Shown here piece by piece: positions 61,901-64,000 of a stretch of 64,000 nt of DNA. The notes below the pieces were generated by a model. That model was not told where the DNA came from. It saw only the letters and a list, made by a program, of their open reading frames with translations, and searched no databases. The position numbers and the translations under genes are program-made. Each line of letters opens with the position of its first letter. Position 1 is the stretch's first letter. Origin of the DNA: Ylistrum balloti (taxonomy: Eukaryota); assembly GCF_031769215.1 (NCBI RefSeq), contig NW_026782045.1, forward strand, positions 496,001 to 560,000, in the 5' to 3' direction.

Positions 61901-62637
61901 CTAAATACAAATTTCCAAATGTGTAAGAGTTTCGAGCCATTTGTCCATCAAAATGCCTAAAATTTGGTGTTTGAGCCAGAGAAAACTCGGGTACTAGATT
62001 TAGATATTTATATTTTAAATCAGTCAATATCAGAAACCATTTCCATATCAGCACTGATACCGGATTCATGTGATCGTTTGTTACTTACATCTAAATTGGA
62101 AAAGGAAATCAATTTTGGAAGTTTGATAATTATAAATCATTTTGACACAAAATATACATTCAGATGTGATAACTTTACTGTATGTGTGCGTGTAACAAAA
62201 CCCCATATTTACATCTGGATTTACTGTATGTGTGCGTGTAACAAAACCCCATATTTACATCTGGATTTACTGTATGTGTGCGTGTAACAAAACCCCATAT
62301 TTACATCTGGATTTACTGTATGTGTGCGTGTAACAAAACCCCATATTTACATCTGGATTGTGAACAACTCAAGTAAAAATCTACAGTAAATTATACATCA
62401 TAAATTATAAAGAACGGTCGTATATATAATTTCCAAATTCTAATGTGTGACGTACATACGTGAATTGTACATTTTACTTCATTTTTACTGTGTCGTTTGT
62501 AATACAGAATGGCGTCTGTCACAAGTGAACACAGGTTCACATGCTAACAATAAATCCCCGTTTCAGTGTCTTTATAATATTACGTTACAGTAAAACGTTT
62601 CCTTGTTCTCACCTTTCACGACTTGTTCGTTCAGCAT
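59000..62637 (-). CDS. BLOC1S5: Biogenesis of lysosome-related organelles complex 1 subunit 5 (Muted), 5 exons, 158 aa
   Basis: Exons 62637-62613, 61608-61526, 61433-61304, 60632-60577 and 59182-59000, all GT-AG and in frame. DISELHARLLDHRPVLQGHINYFIKEFEEKRG matches the Muted signature (human DLGEIHSRLLDHRPVIQGETRYFVKEFEEKRG). The C-terminal W..Y...Q and HYNELE also align. Confidence 0.93.
59290..60540. repeat. (CAGACAA)-rich low-complexity tract with a 111-bp unit x5 (59537-60090), BLOC1S5 intron 4
   Basis: gactgtagacagatatt recurs at 59537, 59648, 59763, 59874 and 59985. Confidence 0.92.
61000..61285 (+). mobile_element. Two degenerate tRNA-derived SINE heads in BLOC1S5 intron 3
   Basis: tagctcaatcag..ggttggaatcc (61025-61079) and a second copy, tagcttgatc..ggtttgaatc (61231-61273). 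Each is preceded by ccttggtttgaga. Confidence 0.4.
62174..62359. repeat. 46-bp tandem repeat x4 (BLOC1S5 intron 1)
   Basis: tttactgtatgtgtgcgtgtaacaaaaccccatatttacatctgga at 62174, 62220, 62266 and 62312. Confidence 0.97.
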
Positions 62638-63314
62638 GCTGAGTGGCTATATTATCCTCTTGTTCGGTGCAAAACGAAAGTTGGTGGGCTACTACCCACC
62701 CACCCACCACAGCAATCTACGTCATTTATACGCTTGGCAAATTTTACGTTCAAAATGGGATCACACTAAGTAACTGAGTGATCGCCCGAAAGGATCACAA
62801 CATAACGGACGGATTTGATTCACTTTCCAAATATGAAATAAAAGGGCCTTATTGTTAAAAAACAGAATATATTGGAAACGATTTATGATAATATAGTATA
62901 AAAGGACAACTATTGGTATCTTGCTGTGGTATAAGAGGAAACAACGGCATTATACTGTGATGAAACGTTTTATGACAATGAAAGTGGATGGCGTTAATTT
63001 CAATGTATTTACCTGATTTCAACAGTATCTAAAGTTCTAAGGTATTTTTTGTGCAATGAGACATTAAAGTACTAAGTGCTGTATCTCCAGATCCACATCT
63101 TTTATTTTTTAAGAAAAAGAAAGTATCTCAGTTTATAATGTATTTGTGCTTAATTACATAAATATTTAATTTGATAGCGACATGTGAAAAATCGGGAAAA
63201 GTAACATATAGTGTAGACGAAATATAGGATTTTAAAGGGTAATCTGATTAAAGCCGTTTATCTTGAAAAGGATAACGGGAAGAATAGTTAACATGAGAAA
63301 TAAGTGAAGTTATT

Positions 63315-63545
63315 GTTCTTGTTTGTTTGTTTTTGTTTTTGTTTTTGTTTTGGAGGGTGGGGTTGGGGGGTTGGAGGGAGGGTTTGGTGGGGTTGTTTAT
63401 ATTTGTTTTATTTTGTGTATTTTGTTTTGTTTTTGTTTGTTTGGATTTTGTGAGGAAGGTTGGGCGGGTTTTTTTTTATTTTGTTTTTTTCCCTTAGTTT
63501 TATTTTGTGTTGTTTTTTGTTTTTCTTTTTGTTTTGTTTTTGTGA
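63315..63545. repeat. T/G-rich low-complexity tract
   Basis: (ttttg)n and g-rich runs. It explains the short Phe/Val/Cys-rich ORFs here. Confidence 0.85.
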
Positions 63546-64000
63546 TTTAAACATATTTTATTGCCACAGAATAACAAAGGGATTGGGCACAAGTTATATC
63601 AACATTATCGACGCCCTCTCCCAAAACAATTACAATATACACAATTTGGCAAACAAAAGTACAGGTCACATTAAGAAAAAGACAAAACATATAACTGTTG
63701 GCATTGCTCTCCGAAACTAAAATAATAAGATATATAAGTATAGATATAAGTATAACCTGTCCAAACTTGATCAAAATGCTGGCTGGTTTGTAACAACTAT
63801 AAGTGAGAAAAGTCTAACAAAAGTAAGGCCGGAATAGACAATGATCCGAAATAGACAGGGGTCGGTATGGACCGATTATACTGTATTACTTAATTACAAT
63901 TAAAGAAATTAAAATCTGTTGCTGGTTTTAATAAAATGGTGCACATTTCTAAAAATCATAATATTTGTGTCTATGAGTAGATTTTTGTTTCCTGAAAGTA

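Overview
AT-rich eukaryotic genomic DNA, most likely from a bivalve mollusc (inferred from a V-domain SINE, Penelope-like relics and a rho-class GST). I reconstructed three spliced minus-strand genes by hand: a 6-exon rho-class glutathione S-transferase (18631-8405, 235 aa), a 10-exon insulin receptor substrate (42180-26051, about 1559 aa; PH + PTB + about 11 YxxM motifs) and a 5-exon BLOC1S5/Muted (62637-59000, 158 aa). There is also a plus-strand single-coding-exon orphan (3885-4907) with a signal peptide, a helical ectodomain and about 5 TM segments. Roughly 18 kb is made of mutually unrelated tandem arrays, and nearly all long ORFs between 45 and 60 kb are artefacts of these. The most striking observation is an intact minimal type I hammerhead ribozyme (58674-58632, minus strand) inside a Penelope-derived fragment. 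It lies in the predicted BLOC1S5 3'UTR, and its cleavage site is 5 nt upstream of the first AATAAA after the stop codon. Other observations: about 38 tandem units each combining a perfect palindrome with an NF-kB consensus site in IRS intron 1; a FoxO + CLEAR/E-box cluster upstream of IRS; and a missing AG acceptor at the IRS PTB exon. No database searches were possible, so family calls rest on remembered motifs.
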